Below, one piece after another: positions 1 to 9,057 of a DNA stretch of 64,000 nt. The stretch covers positions 32,001 to 96,000 of the forward strand of contig CAVYHV010000017.1 of the NCBI GenBank assembly GCA_963768425.1. Reading direction: 5' to 3'. The stretch's first letter is position 1. Each line of letters begins with the position of its first letter. Position numbers and translations under genes: made by a program. Below the pieces are notes generated by a model. It did not search any database, was not told the origin of the DNA, and worked only from the letters and a program-made list of their open reading frames with translations. Source of the DNA: Candidatus Bathyarchaeota archaeon (GTDB lineage Archaea; Thermoproteota; Bathyarchaeia; Bathyarchaeales; Bathycorpusculaceae).

Positions 1-111
1 TATGAGGATCAAGAGCCAAATTGGGTAGTATCCTTTGACGCTGAAAATTACAAATATACCAAACACAAGAACAAAGTCTGTTGTGGCATCATAGTAGCCG
101 CCAAGTCTTGA
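1..111 (+). CDS. 3' end of an unidentified ORF truncated by the window edge
   Basis: Open frame from base 1 (YEDQEPNWVVSFDAENYKYTKHKNKVCCGIIVAAKS) to TGA at 109-111. Confidence 0.35.
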   Translation, partial: YEDQEPNWVVSFDAENYKYTKHKNKVCCGIIVAAKS

Positions 112-418
112 GGTTACCTTTAATCTCCTTGCCAAATAACCGTCAAAAAAGTCAGTCGCAGCTGAAAAAGCAAGTAAAATTAAGCATAAGGTAACGTTTC
201 CTGCCATAAACGAATAAAAGAATAAAGGGAAAACTACGATTCGCAACGAACTTATGAGATTCGGAATTAGGATTAGTTTTCGTATAGTCCATCACTTTAT
301 CAAGATTATGCATTCGCCAGCTTCATCTTGGTTAATTCATCTCTAAAATGGATTTGCAAATTCAACAGCAAGCTTGCTACAAAAAAAGGAATTCGGGAGA
401 AATCTCCACTGGGACGTC

Positions 419-440
419 GGTTCAAATCCCCCCAGTCCAC
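419..440 (+). other. Degenerate tRNA 3'-end fragment (T-loop + acceptor 3' strand, tRNA-Ala-like); possible att remnant
   Basis: GGTTCAAATCCCCCCAGTCCAC with no D-arm or anticodon arm upstream; related copies at 4855-4876 and 3807-3818. Confidence 0.5.
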
Positions 441-635
441 TTCAACATCGCTGCCACAGCACCCGAGAATTCCGAGGAGTTGGAGAGTATTGCGTTTTCA
501 GAAAAATCTATTCTCCCAAAAGTCTCACATTCTATGTATATCCGAAGCTTGAGCTCAGATGCTACTGTAACCTGAGGATTTCTGACTTAGAAATGTCTCT
601 ATTGGGTCCAATTCGCTTTCTTCACTTTATTGATT

Positions 636-863
636 TTAGTGGGAGATTTTTCGTGCCTGCGGCATCCATCCTTCACGCCGCTTTACTTCTGAAATATATA
701 GCTCTTCCCAGTACTTGCCCATAACGTAGAACCTGTTTTCCATGTAGCTCGATTCTTCTTTCGAATCTTCACAAGCGTTTACGACAATATGTCCCAATTG
801 TTCTTGCTTATTCATTTTTTCCATGTTGTTTTTCATCATCATAACTACATACACCACACACAT
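636..863 (-). CDS. Small hypothetical protein
   Basis: 75-aa ORF lying downstream of the duplicated promoter-like segment at 829-893; real start probably one of the internal Met codons. Confidence 0.3.
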   Translation of the reverse strand: MCVVYVVMMMKNNMEKMNKQEQLGHIVVNACEDSKEESSYMENRFYVMGKYWEELYISEVKRREGWMPQARKISH

Positions 864-893
864 AGTTATATACCTTTAGGGAAGTAAAATATA
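829..893. repeat. ~65-bp promoter-like segment duplicated at 2745-2810
   Basis: TTTTTCATCATCATAA(C/T)TACAT...ATAGTTATATAC(C/A)TTTAGGGAAGTA(A/G)AATATA is present at both positions. Confidence 0.8.
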
Positions 894-894
894 G

Positions 895-1160
895 TAAACC
901 CAACCTCTCCCTTAACCTTCCTCAGACCCTTCAAAAGCAAGTAACCCTGATTGAACGCCTGCTTAATAGTTCCAAACGGATGCTCAACTATCTGCCGCCT
1001 CAAACGAAGCTTCTCTATGCCATTACGACTCTGCAACCTAACTCTGAGATGCTCAACTGCGCCATCATACTCAGACCTAACCATAGTCCTTCCACGTTTG
1101 TTCCTCGTACACTTGCTCCTAAAAGTGCACACAGCACGACCAACCGTTCTGTAAACCCTT
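895..1160 (-). mobile_element. IS1182-family transposase C-terminal remnant
   Basis: C-x-FRSKCT...R-RRQIVEHPFGTIK...LLKGLRKVKGEVG, typical of the DDE_Tnp_1_6 C-terminus; truncated at both ends. Confidence 0.75.
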
Positions 1161-1413
1161 AAACTCCAATTACAAGTGCACAAGCAGCAACAACCTTTTT
1201 TGAAAGCCAATTAAAATCGTCTTCTTGCTTGCAAACATTGTCTTTCACACATTTTTTGCATGCAAGGCAAGGGCGAATATTGAGGTCACTTAATTTAACG
1301 AAATCATAACTCAGCCCAGTTGCTTCCAGAACGGCTTTTAACTGCCCTGTCAGTATTGCTATTAGTAAGGGGACTTCCTGAAATGCCGATAACCTTTGAC
1401 TCCATATAATCAA
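1159..1413 (-). pseudogene. Iron-sulfur flavoprotein / multimeric flavodoxin fragment
   Basis: LSDLNIRPCLACKKCVKDNVCKQEDDF (Cx2Cx2Cx5C Isf motif), truncated where the IS remnant begins. Confidence 0.7.
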
Positions 1414-1461
1414 TTACCGAAACAAGAAAAAAGTGTTTGAGAGTTTTGTAAACGTTTGCAT

Positions 1462-1863
1462 CTATGCTAGTTTTTTGCTTCCTTGTCCTGGCGAAGCAGC
1501 GAAGACTTCAGTGACTTTTATTATTCCAACACTTTTTATTTTCATTTTCGAGGTTTCCATACTCTTCTTTGCGAAGTTATCGAAAATTGGTCCACTTGTT
1601 TGGAAACCACCGAATGTTCCCTTTAGTTGGTAGCCTGTCATTGGTCCTTTGAACACTGCAATAGCAACTTGCTTGTTTTTTTCAAGGTTTTCTTTTGTTT
1701 TTATGATGAAAACTTCTGCGAACGCAATAGTTTCGGGGTCTACTGCTACAAAGCTCCATAATGGAACTACGTTTGGAATGCCTTTAACGTCTATAGTTGC
1801 TATCATTTTCGCTGAATCACTTGCACTTAAAACATCCATTACTTCTTTAGGTATACTAACCAA
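1462..1863 (-). CDS. Pyridoxamine 5'-phosphate oxidase-family FMN-binding protein
   Basis: IATIDVKGIPNVVP...KTKENLEKNKQVAIAV...GYQLKG motifs; 133 aa. Confidence 0.85.
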   Translation of the reverse strand: MVSIPKEVMDVLSASDSAKMIATIDVKGIPNVVPLWSFVAVDPETIAFAEVFIIKTKENLEKNKQVAIAVFKGPMTGYQLKGTFGGFQTSGPIFDNFAKKSMETSKMKIKSVGIIKVTEVFAASPGQGSKKLA

Positions 1864-2091
1864 AAATCACACATCCTATTAATGGAAACAAAACTGCAAA
1901 ACTCTAATAAACTTTTAGGGAATTAGAATATACTCAGCAAATGCAAGGGAAGTACAATATATTGGCTAACACAGGCAAGGATTCATCATCCGATTACCTA
2001 ATCGGTGCAATCGCTGAGTTAAATCAGTGAGGGCGAAGTGAAGTGAAACGAAATATAGAAGGAGTTACGACCAACTTTTGGGGGATTTGTA

Positions 2092-2592
2092 TTATAATTT
2101 AAGCAAAGTGCCTAAGACATGAATGATTAAAATGAGGTAGAATGCAGTAGTCATGGTGATATGTAAGTATTTTAGGTACTTTTTTGAGCTCTGCATTATA
2201 TTAAATCTGTAAAGAACGCCTGTCACAACAAGTGCAAGCAAAGCGATGTATAATGCCATTCCGATTCCTATGCGAGTTACAGTTGCTAGCTCATACCAGA
2301 AATGAACAGAAATAAGCATGAAAGCCAATAAATTACCGAAAATATGAAATCTTAATAATGCTTTAACTCGCAGTGGACGACGCTGTTTTATGACATAATA
2401 TATTGGCGTAACCAATGCAATCCATAAGCCCCCTATCCAACTCGCCCAATGGTTAAAGGATAAAAAACCTATTGAAAAATCAAACAAATGCGTATAAAAC
2501 AATGCAATAGTTGACAGAAAAATGGTCAGCACAATTATGACTAATGCCACCCAAAAATCGGGTTTTCTTAAATAGTTAAAAACACTCGCCAA
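2092..2592 (-). CDS. Membrane protein with paired His residues (ferric-reductase / cytochrome b-like TM domain)
   Basis: About 5 hydrophobic helices; H-x13-H pairs in FHIFGNLLAFMLISVHF and LHITMTTAFYLILIIHV. Confidence 0.6.
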   Translation of the reverse strand: MASVFNYLRKPDFWVALVIIVLTIFLSTIALFYTHLFDFSIGFLSFNHWASWIGGLWIALVTPIYYVIKQRRPLRVKALLRFHIFGNLLAFMLISVHFWYELATVTRIGIGMALYIALLALVVTGVLYRFNIMQSSKKYLKYLHITMTTAFYLILIIHVLGTLLKL

Positions 2593-2601
2593 CTTTGCTC
2601 T

Positions 2602-2745
2602 TTACTCCAAGAAAACTGAGTCTACTGCTACTATGCTCCATATTGGAACTACGTTTGGAGTGCCTTTAGCGTCTACTGTTGCCAACATTTTTGCTGAATC
2701 ACTTGCACTTATAACATCAATTACTTCTTTAGGTATGCTGACCAT
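2602..2745 (-). pseudogene. Truncated paralog (first ~47 aa) of the PNPOx-family gene at 1462-1863
   Basis: Translates as MVSIPKEVIDVISASDSAKMLATVDAKGTPNVVPIWSIVAVDSVFLE*, near-identical to the N-terminus of 1462-1863. Confidence 0.8.
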
Positions 2746-2830
2746 TTTTCATCATCATAATTACATCAAACCACCCATATAGTTATATACATTTAGGGAA
2801 GTAGAATATACACAGCAGAGATGCGAGAAA

Positions 2831-3595
2831 ATGGTAACTGTAACCCAAAACGAGGAGTCTATGATCAACTTATTGAATAACCTCAGGCAAGAGGTAAAGA
2901 GCTTAAGAAATGACGTGAATCTAATCGAGGAATCAGTCTTAAAGCAACGCCTAAAGGCAATCGAAGAAACCCTATCCCAAAATCACCTAATGGTCTACGC
3001 TCAGCAAAGATCTGAAAACATTAACGAAGACCTTTCACGCAGCCTCAAACCAGATTGCGATGATAAAACGAAATGCTTGGAATATTTTCAAGCAAAAATT
3101 GATGACAGCACCCGAGCAATTAAAGAATCAGGGTCAAAAAAAGCAATATCCGATATTGATGACAAAATTGCCGAGAACGAGTTAATGCTTGAAAAAACCA
3201 GAGGTCAAAAATGTGAAGCTTGCTTTGCGAACTTCCACAAGAAGCTAAAACGTGAAAAGAGAGCCTACCAAGAAATCGTTCTAGTAGAGGACATGAATAA
3301 ACCCGAGAGCGCTGAGGCGTTAGATATTCAGTTTCTCGTGAACGCGTTGTTTGAACCGCTCGCAAATTGTTCGCGCCTTAAAATTCTCTCGTCAGTTAGT
3401 GAAGGGAAAAAAAGTTTCTCTGAATTGTCTAAAATTGTAAATCTTAAGGGAGGTCACTTGGCGTTTCATCTTAAGAAACTTGTGGATGCAAGACTGATAG
3501 CACAGGAAGCATCCAAAGGAGATTATGTTGCTACTCAAAGGGGGCTTAGTTTCATTAAGAAAATGAGTTCTTTTACAAGCCTTGTCACAGTATAA
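2831..3595 (+). CDS. ArsR-type winged-HTH regulator with Cys-containing coiled-coil N-terminus
   Basis: C-terminal EPLANCSRLKIL...SFSELSKIVNLKGGHLAFHLKKL...GDYVATQRG; N-terminal Cx5C and CxxC. Confidence 0.8.
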   Translation: MVTVTQNEESMINLLNNLRQEVKSLRNDVNLIEESVLKQRLKAIEETLSQNHLMVYAQQRSENINEDLSRSLKPDCDDKTKCLEYFQAKIDDSTRAIKESGSKKAISDIDDKIAENELMLEKTRGQKCEACFANFHKKLKREKRAYQEIVLVEDMNKPESAEALDIQFLVNALFEPLANCSRLKILSSVSEGKKSFSELSKIVNLKGGHLAFHLKKLVDARLIAQEASKGDYVATQRGLSFIKKMSSFTSLVTV

Positions 3596-3938
3596 TTGGT
3601 CTCGCGCGCGCAAAAATTAGTGGATTAGAACCTGCTCATGTATGCAACCCGATGGACTTGCCACGTCTTAAAATTGGAGAAGAATAAAATCTTCAAGTGT
3701 GGGCGTGCGCGATTGGGCAAACGGGATAAGGTTAGGATCAACGTCTCTACTGACAAAATGAGCAGAAATTAACATGAAAACTTCAATTAAGCAACGCACT
3801 GGCGCGCCCAGTCCACTTTATTCACCATTATCAGCAAAATGCCGAGGCATGGTGAAGCACGTTTTAGCAAATTTACTGATTTGGGATTCACAAGTCATAA
3901 TAGTATAACGGGCTCGATGCTGATAAGGTGGCTGTTTA

Positions 3939-4727
3939 ATGGGTCAAGTTGCGTTATCCTTTGTAGTCCCAGCTTATAATGAAGAAGACTTTATCGAGGA
4001 TACTCTCGGTACAATTGAAACCGTCATAAAAGGCAAGAATTTGCCTTACGAAATTGTTGTCGTTGACGATGGTAGCCTTGATGGAACTTTGGCTAAAGTG
4101 ACTAAATACGCAAAAAATAACGGTCATGTCAAAGTGGTTAGTTACACCAAAAACATCGGAAAGGGGCACGCCGTAAAAACAGGGTTCATGCAAACTAGCG
4201 GGGACATAGTTATTTTTGCAGACAGTGACATGGAGATTGATTTAGGTACCGTCTCAAAATACATTCAGGCTTTGGAAGACGGGGATATTGTCATAGCTTC
4301 TAAACGGCATTCGGGTTCACAAGTGGAAGCACCCTTATCTCGTAAGATTCTTAGCCTTTGCTTTAACGGCTTAGTTCGGCTTCTAACAGGCGTTCCTCTT
4401 AATGATACTCAGTCAGGGCTTAAAGCAATGAAGAAGAATGCGTTCGTCGATATTTTCCCTCGATTAACTGTTAAACGTTACGCTTTTGACGCTGAATTAT
4501 TGGCTGTGTCACATCTTAGTGGCTTGAAAGTTGTGGAGATGCCCGTCAACATGAAGTTGAATGCGTCATTTAAGCCAAAAGAAATATGGAACATGTTTAT
4601 TGATTTGCTTGGAATAGCGTACAGGCTTAGAATTATTCACTGGTATCAGCGCCTGTTCCCCAAGAAAAACGGCTTCCTAAACCCGGTTTCACTTCTCCTT
4701 CGTGAAAGAGAATTAATGGTTATTTAA
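3939..4727 (+). CDS. GT2 glycosyltransferase (dolichyl-phosphate sugar synthase-like)
   Basis: VVPAYNEE, VVDDGSLD, NIGKGHAV, DSD, DTQSGLKA and FDAELL motifs. Confidence 0.9.
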   Translation: MGQVALSFVVPAYNEEDFIEDTLGTIETVIKGKNLPYEIVVVDDGSLDGTLAKVTKYAKNNGHVKVVSYTKNIGKGHAVKTGFMQTSGDIVIFADSDMEIDLGTVSKYIQALEDGDIVIASKRHSGSQVEAPLSRKILSLCFNGLVRLLTGVPLNDTQSGLKAMKKNAFVDIFPRLTVKRYAFDAELLAVSHLSGLKVVEMPVNMKLNASFKPKEIWNMFIDLLGIAYRLRIIHWYQRLFPKKNGFLNPVSLLLRERELMVI

Positions 4728-4854
4728 GTATTGAAATCTAAAAGATCAAATGTCCGCGCGAAGACTAAAAAAGCAGAACAGTCAAAACGAGATTGCTTCA
4801 AAACTTGAGCAAGCGGCAAAAAAGAGGAAGTGTGGGATACCTCCACTTTTCAAA

Positions 4855-4876
4855 GGGGTTCAAATCCAGTCCACCA
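4855..4876 (+). other. Second degenerate tRNA 3'-end fragment ending in CCA
   Basis: GGGGTTCAAATCCAGTCCACCA; flanks (CTCCACT upstream, TATTCTCCCAAAA downstream) are shared with the 419-440 copy. Confidence 0.5.
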
Positions 4877-4921
4877 AAAAACCTTATTCTCCCAAAACCA
4901 TTCTAATTCTGGTGATTTAAC

Positions 4922-5155
4922 TTGGAAGTGGAGGTTAAAGCTGTCGATAAACAGGGACGCATCATATTACCGAAGGTCTGGCGTGAAAAATATCTTAAAA
5001 ACAAGAAAGCCATCGTCTCAGCCAAAGGCGACACCATCGAAATCAAACCTTTTGCGGCAATTGACCTCACCGAATACTTCGACAAAATGGATGTAGACCT
5101 AAAGGCAGATCTCTCAGACTGGCATAAAGTCCGCAAAGAACTGAGAGGCAAATAA
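4922..5155 (+). CDS. vapB: AbrB/MazE-fold antitoxin (VapB-type)
   Basis: VDKQGRIILPKVWRE motif, directly upstream of a PIN gene. Confidence 0.85.
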   Translation: MEVEVKAVDKQGRIILPKVWREKYLKNKKAIVSAKGDTIEIKPFAAIDLTEYFDKMDVDLKADLSDWHKVRKELRGK

Positions 5156-5156
5156 A

Positions 5157-5582
5157 GTGTCACAAGCCTATGTCGATGCGTGCGTTTTTGTTTATGCCTT
5201 TCTTAAAACTAAAAGGCAACTGCAACCAAACGAGTTAGAAATAAAGCAAGCAGCCAAGAATATTGTCGCTAGAATCAGCAAAGGAGAAAAAGTAGCTACA
5301 TCCGTTGTGCACTTCAGTCAAGTCTGCAATGTCTTAGAAGATCACTTCCCGTCTGAAGAGGCGATTCTATTAGAAAAGGGGTTGCTGTACCGAGAAAATA
5401 TTTCAATTTGTGAAGTAGCCCAAGAGGATTACATTAAAGCTGTATCCATAGCGGAAGAACATGCTGTGGGCGTTAACGATGCTTTGGCTTATGTAATCAT
5501 GAAAGAACGAGCCTTACGAACAATCTACTCTTTCGACAAAGACCTTGACGCTTTCACTGATATTCTGCGAGTTATCAAATAA
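5157..5582 (+). CDS. vapC: PIN-domain toxin VapC
   Basis: YVDACVF, VNDAL and IYSFDKDLD PIN motifs; one expected Glu reads as Q (HFSQV). Confidence 0.85.
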   Translation: MSQAYVDACVFVYAFLKTKRQLQPNELEIKQAAKNIVARISKGEKVATSVVHFSQVCNVLEDHFPSEEAILLEKGLLYRENISICEVAQEDYIKAVSIAEEHAVGVNDALAYVIMKERALRTIYSFDKDLDAFTDILRVIK

Positions 5583-5814
5583 AAATGGCTTTTAGAAAAT
5601 GATCCATATTCCCATGAGAATTAGTAGAGATCCAATTACTGCCTAGTATAATACCTGCGGTTTCAGTGTTCCACATACTGTTCACACTGTTTGCGCTTGT
5701 CATGAATGGGCTATCTATCGTTTGATTCATTGAAGATATGGCAATTCCGGCACCAGCAATTAAGAGAAATAGACCAATAATTAACATAAGCGTCGCAAAT
5801 GTCTTATTATTCAT
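5575..5814 (-). CDS. Small membrane protein (C-terminus possibly frameshifted)
   Basis: N-terminal TM helix TLMLIIGLFLLIAGAGIAI. Confidence 0.45.
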   Translation of the reverse strand: MNNKTFATLMLIIGLFLLIAGAGIAISSMNQTIDSPFMTSANSVNSMWNTETAGIILGSNWISTNSHGNMDHFLKAIFI

Positions 5815-6002
5815 GTCAATGTTTCACCATTAATTGACTATTCTGATATATGCAGATTTAAGATTTATTAAGTCTGAATACTACGTTGAAATATAGCCTT
5901 AAGAACTACAGCTTCTCGCTGGATTTGGGCCTCTATGACTTAATAGTTTTTGAGTCCTTTTGCTAGGGTAAATTCCAACAGTTTTTAGGCCCATAAAGGG
6001 TT

Positions 6003-6164
6003 GCTGAGGCTCTGGAAACTAAGGAAGAAAATTTTTTTCTTTAGGAGAATAAAGAAAAATTTCGAATTCTTCAATTGCAGCTATTTTAAGTTTAACCAGA
6101 GCCTTCTCAGCCATTTCTCTTTTATCTCTCCTCACTGTTTTTTGGGGGACTAAAAAAAGGGGAA
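6003..6164. repeat. Conserved bulged-hairpin element plus terminator-like tract downstream of PQQ gene (copy 1)
   Basis: GCTGAGGCTCTGG (6003-6015) ... CCAGAGCCTTCTCAGC (6096-6111), then GGGACTAAAAAAAGGGGAA; homologous to 49534-49707. Confidence 0.8.
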
Positions 6165-6189
6165 GGATTTTTTGTTTTGCGCTTTTGGT

Positions 6190-8823
6190 TTATGGGTGTT
6201 TTCTGTTGAGCATAAGCATAGTTAAAGCGCCGATGATGACTATCACGATGATTATTGCAACGATTCCGTACATGAGTGTGTTATTCGATGCTAAGCCAGC
6301 AAGTGGTGTCGCTGTCGGTGCTAATGTTGTCGGAGGAGAGGTAGCGAGGAAAGCGGTTTGAGCGGAAGAGCCATAGTATGATTGTGTCCCTGCGAACGTT
6401 GCGGTGACAGTGAAGTTGCCTACGATGTCAGGCTTCCAATTGAAGCTGAAAAAGCCATTTGCGCCAGTTGTAGTTGTGCCAATCGTCCGGTAGTTATTGT
6501 TGGAATCGAGAACGTTGATTGTCACTTGAACTCCTGTTGTATTAGTTGGCATTGGCTGCTGCTCGTAGACTGCTTCCATGAAAGATGTCATGCTTGCGTC
6601 GGATACGCATGGTAAGCCGTTGGGGAAGTTTGCTGCAACTGCTTCTTGGCTTGCGCCTGGAGAGATGTCGGTGACTGAACCTGTGAGAACGATTGGGGCT
6701 CCTGCAGTTGTGACTGGGTTGAGTGCTGTGATAGTGGTTTTGCTTGGTCCCATACCGAAGCCGTATATTTGTCCGTCGTAGCCGTTCCATCCCATCAGTT
6801 CGCTGTCGGCGATAGGTGATACATCTCTTTGGAAAGCGCCGTTGATTTCCCAGACTACTTTGCCGGTTGCACAGTTCAACGCAATTTTCTCTCCACCTGG
6901 AAACAGCGGAGGATCATAGCAACGTCCCTCAGAAATGAATAACATACCGTCAGCGATGCTTTGCGTGCCGAAGACCCAGTTTGGATAAACACCATAAGGC
7001 GTGTTGTAACCAGCACTTCCTCTAGTCCATGTCCAGTCAAGTTTTCCTGTTGTAAGGTTGAGAGCGTTTACGTAGCCGCCGATGTCCCAGATGTAGACCT
7101 GACCATAAGCGATAGCTCCGCCTGAGTAGATGGTGCTCAGTCCATTGCCTACTAGTTGGGTTGGTCCCCAGAGTTTGGCACCAGTCATCATCGAATAGCC
7201 GTATGCTTGATCTGTATCTTTGTCCTGATACACGTATACGCCGCTGCCTGCTGCTAATATGGCGAAATCATGGTTCTCTATTAGTGTCTGGTTGGTTGGT
7301 TCGAAAAGAACTTGGCCAGTGATGGGATTGTATGACATGTCTGTTTCGTAGGATGAACTCCACTGTGAGAATAGCTCTCCGAAACTGCTGGCGAAAACAC
7401 TTTTCGGCTGTGAGGTCAAAAGAATAGCCTGGTTGGTTTCTGAAGAGATACCAAAGTTTGGATTCGCAATTGGAACAGGCACTGACCACTCGATACCTGT
7501 TGCCCACGTGTAGGTTCCGGACGGCTTAAAGTCACCCGTGAAAAATTCAGCACTAGGACCAATCGCTAATGGACCAGCAAGGCAAAGTGATGAATTCCAC
7601 ATAGTCAGCGATTCAGAAACAACGTTTCCGAATTGGTCATAAGAGTCGTTGGTGTAGTAGATTAGTATTGATCCCGAGCAGCTAGGTTCGCCGGAATCTA
7701 TCAATGCGTTTGTTGATGTCGAAAAGATGTTAGCTATGTTTCCTGGAACACCAGATACAGTTGCCATGTAGTTTCCTGTCACCGGGTCTAATATGTCATA
7801 GTTTCCAGTTGAGGGATTGTATGTCCAAAGGAATGCTTGAGAACCAAATTCCTCTACTGTGTGGAATGTTAACACTTGACCGTATACCAGTGTGTCGGTG
7901 GTGTTCTTTACCCAGAGTGTTTGTCCGTTGAAGAGGTTAACTGCAACAATGCCTGCATAGTCTGTTTGAGCGGGATACCAGCTGTAGTAAAGAATTCCGT
8001 CTAGAATTATCGGTTCAAAAGTGTGATAAAGCGGAGAGTTCGCTGCAAATGAGCTTACTTCGTTGGGCGCGGTTTCGCCTCCAGGTTGACCTCCAGTTGT
8101 GATTGGTTTAGTCCACAGTATGTGAGCTGTCGTTGGTGCCGTGCTGTAAGGTTGGAAGTTGTTCCCTGAGCCGTCGTACCCGCCTGTGTTGTCAAATCCA
8201 GGTCTTCCTAAGCCATACCAGTTTCCACCGACTGATTGCGCCCATCCATAGTTTGAAGCGTATATTGGTGTTGTCCAGTAACTCGTTGGAAGAGGCGAAC
8301 TTGTAAAGTATGATATCGGAGCTTGCTGCACAGTAATTGTGACTGCTGGGCTGATTGCAGAATCCAAGTTATAGACTAATCCGTTGTTAGGGTCTGTTCC
8401 CAATAATTGTCCGGGGTATATTGCTTGAAAAGTGTAGTTTCCTAAGGCAGTGGGCACGAATGTAACTGCTGGGACTCCTCCCGTGGTATCCGATTCGTAT
8501 GGTCCAAGGGTCATGTTGGTTCCGTCTGGTTTAATGATGTTGATTGACAATTTTAGGAAGTCTTGTCCAAGCGAATAACCACCGGTCAACGTTGGTACGG
8601 GTTTGGTGAAGAAGAGGGTTATGTACACTGTCTGGCCTACGCCGACGGGGCTAGGTGAAGCATTGACGTATAGAAAGGTTGGAAGGTTTACAGGCGCCGT
8701 TGCGGCAGATGCTTGTCCTATCATCATTATCATTGGGGCTGCTAAAACTAACATAAGTAACAAAGCGAAAAAACGATTTTTGGTTTGCATTTTTGTTTTT
8801 CTCCTTTTTTTGAAAGCGCTCAA
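6190..8823 (-). CDS. Secreted PQQ-like beta-propeller surface protein with C-terminal membrane anchor
   Basis: Signal peptide (likely start MQTKNR, 8790), repeated A-x-N/D-xxTG-xx-W blades, Thr/Pro linker, TM helix ending RKHP. Confidence 0.85.
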   Translation of the reverse strand: MSAFKKRRKTKMQTKNRFFALLLMLVLAAPMIMMIGQASAATAPVNLPTFLYVNASPSPVGVGQTVYITLFFTKPVPTLTGGYSLGQDFLKLSINIIKPDGTNMTLGPYESDTTGGVPAVTFVPTALGNYTFQAIYPGQLLGTDPNNGLVYNLDSAISPAVTITVQQAPISYFTSSPLPTSYWTTPIYASNYGWAQSVGGNWYGLGRPGFDNTGGYDGSGNNFQPYSTAPTTAHILWTKPITTGGQPGGETAPNEVSSFAANSPLYHTFEPIILDGILYYSWYPAQTDYAGIVAVNLFNGQTLWVKNTTDTLVYGQVLTFHTVEEFGSQAFLWTYNPSTGNYDILDPVTGNYMATVSGVPGNIANIFSTSTNALIDSGEPSCSGSILIYYTNDSYDQFGNVVSESLTMWNSSLCLAGPLAIGPSAEFFTGDFKPSGTYTWATGIEWSVPVPIANPNFGISSETNQAILLTSQPKSVFASSFGELFSQWSSSYETDMSYNPITGQVLFEPTNQTLIENHDFAILAAGSGVYVYQDKDTDQAYGYSMMTGAKLWGPTQLVGNGLSTIYSGGAIAYGQVYIWDIGGYVNALNLTTGKLDWTWTRGSAGYNTPYGVYPNWVFGTQSIADGMLFISEGRCYDPPLFPGGEKIALNCATGKVVWEINGAFQRDVSPIADSELMGWNGYDGQIYGFGMGPSKTTITALNPVTTAGAPIVLTGSVTDISPGASQEAVAANFPNGLPCVSDASMTSFMEAVYEQQPMPTNTTGVQVTINVLDSNNNYRTIGTTTTGANGFFSFNWKPDIVGNFTVTATFAGTQSYYGSSAQTAFLATSPPTTLAPTATPLAGLASNNTLMYGIVAIIIVIVIIGALTMLMLNRKHP

Positions 8824-8852
8824 GGGTCTATCGTGAAAAGGTTTTAAGCATT

Positions 8853-8875
8853 TGTAACAAGTAGCATTTGTTACA
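8853..8875. promoter_or_regulatory. Perfect inverted repeat, candidate operator for the PQQ gene
   Basis: TGTAACAA-N7-TTGTTACA, immediately upstream of a minus-strand TATA-like CTTAAAAC (8841-8848). Confidence 0.5.
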
Positions 8876-9057
8876 GCCAGCTCATCAAGTCGCCGTATTC
8901 AATGATAGGACCTGAAAACCTGATGAACTGATCAAGCCATAACAGTACAAATCAATAAACCACGGAAAAACTGGAATTCCACGAGCAAAGTATTCAAAAG
9001 GTCTTAGGCTTTCGCTCGGTTCTTTCTATATTTTCATGTTTTCGTAAGTTATCAAGG

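Noticed and set aside
141-156. CGTCAAAAAAGTCA as a fourth copy of the decamer element
   Set aside because: Too short; neither the arm nor further repeats are present
419-440. Intact tRNA gene
   Set aside because: Only T-loop and acceptor 3' strand are recognisable; no cloverleaf can be formed
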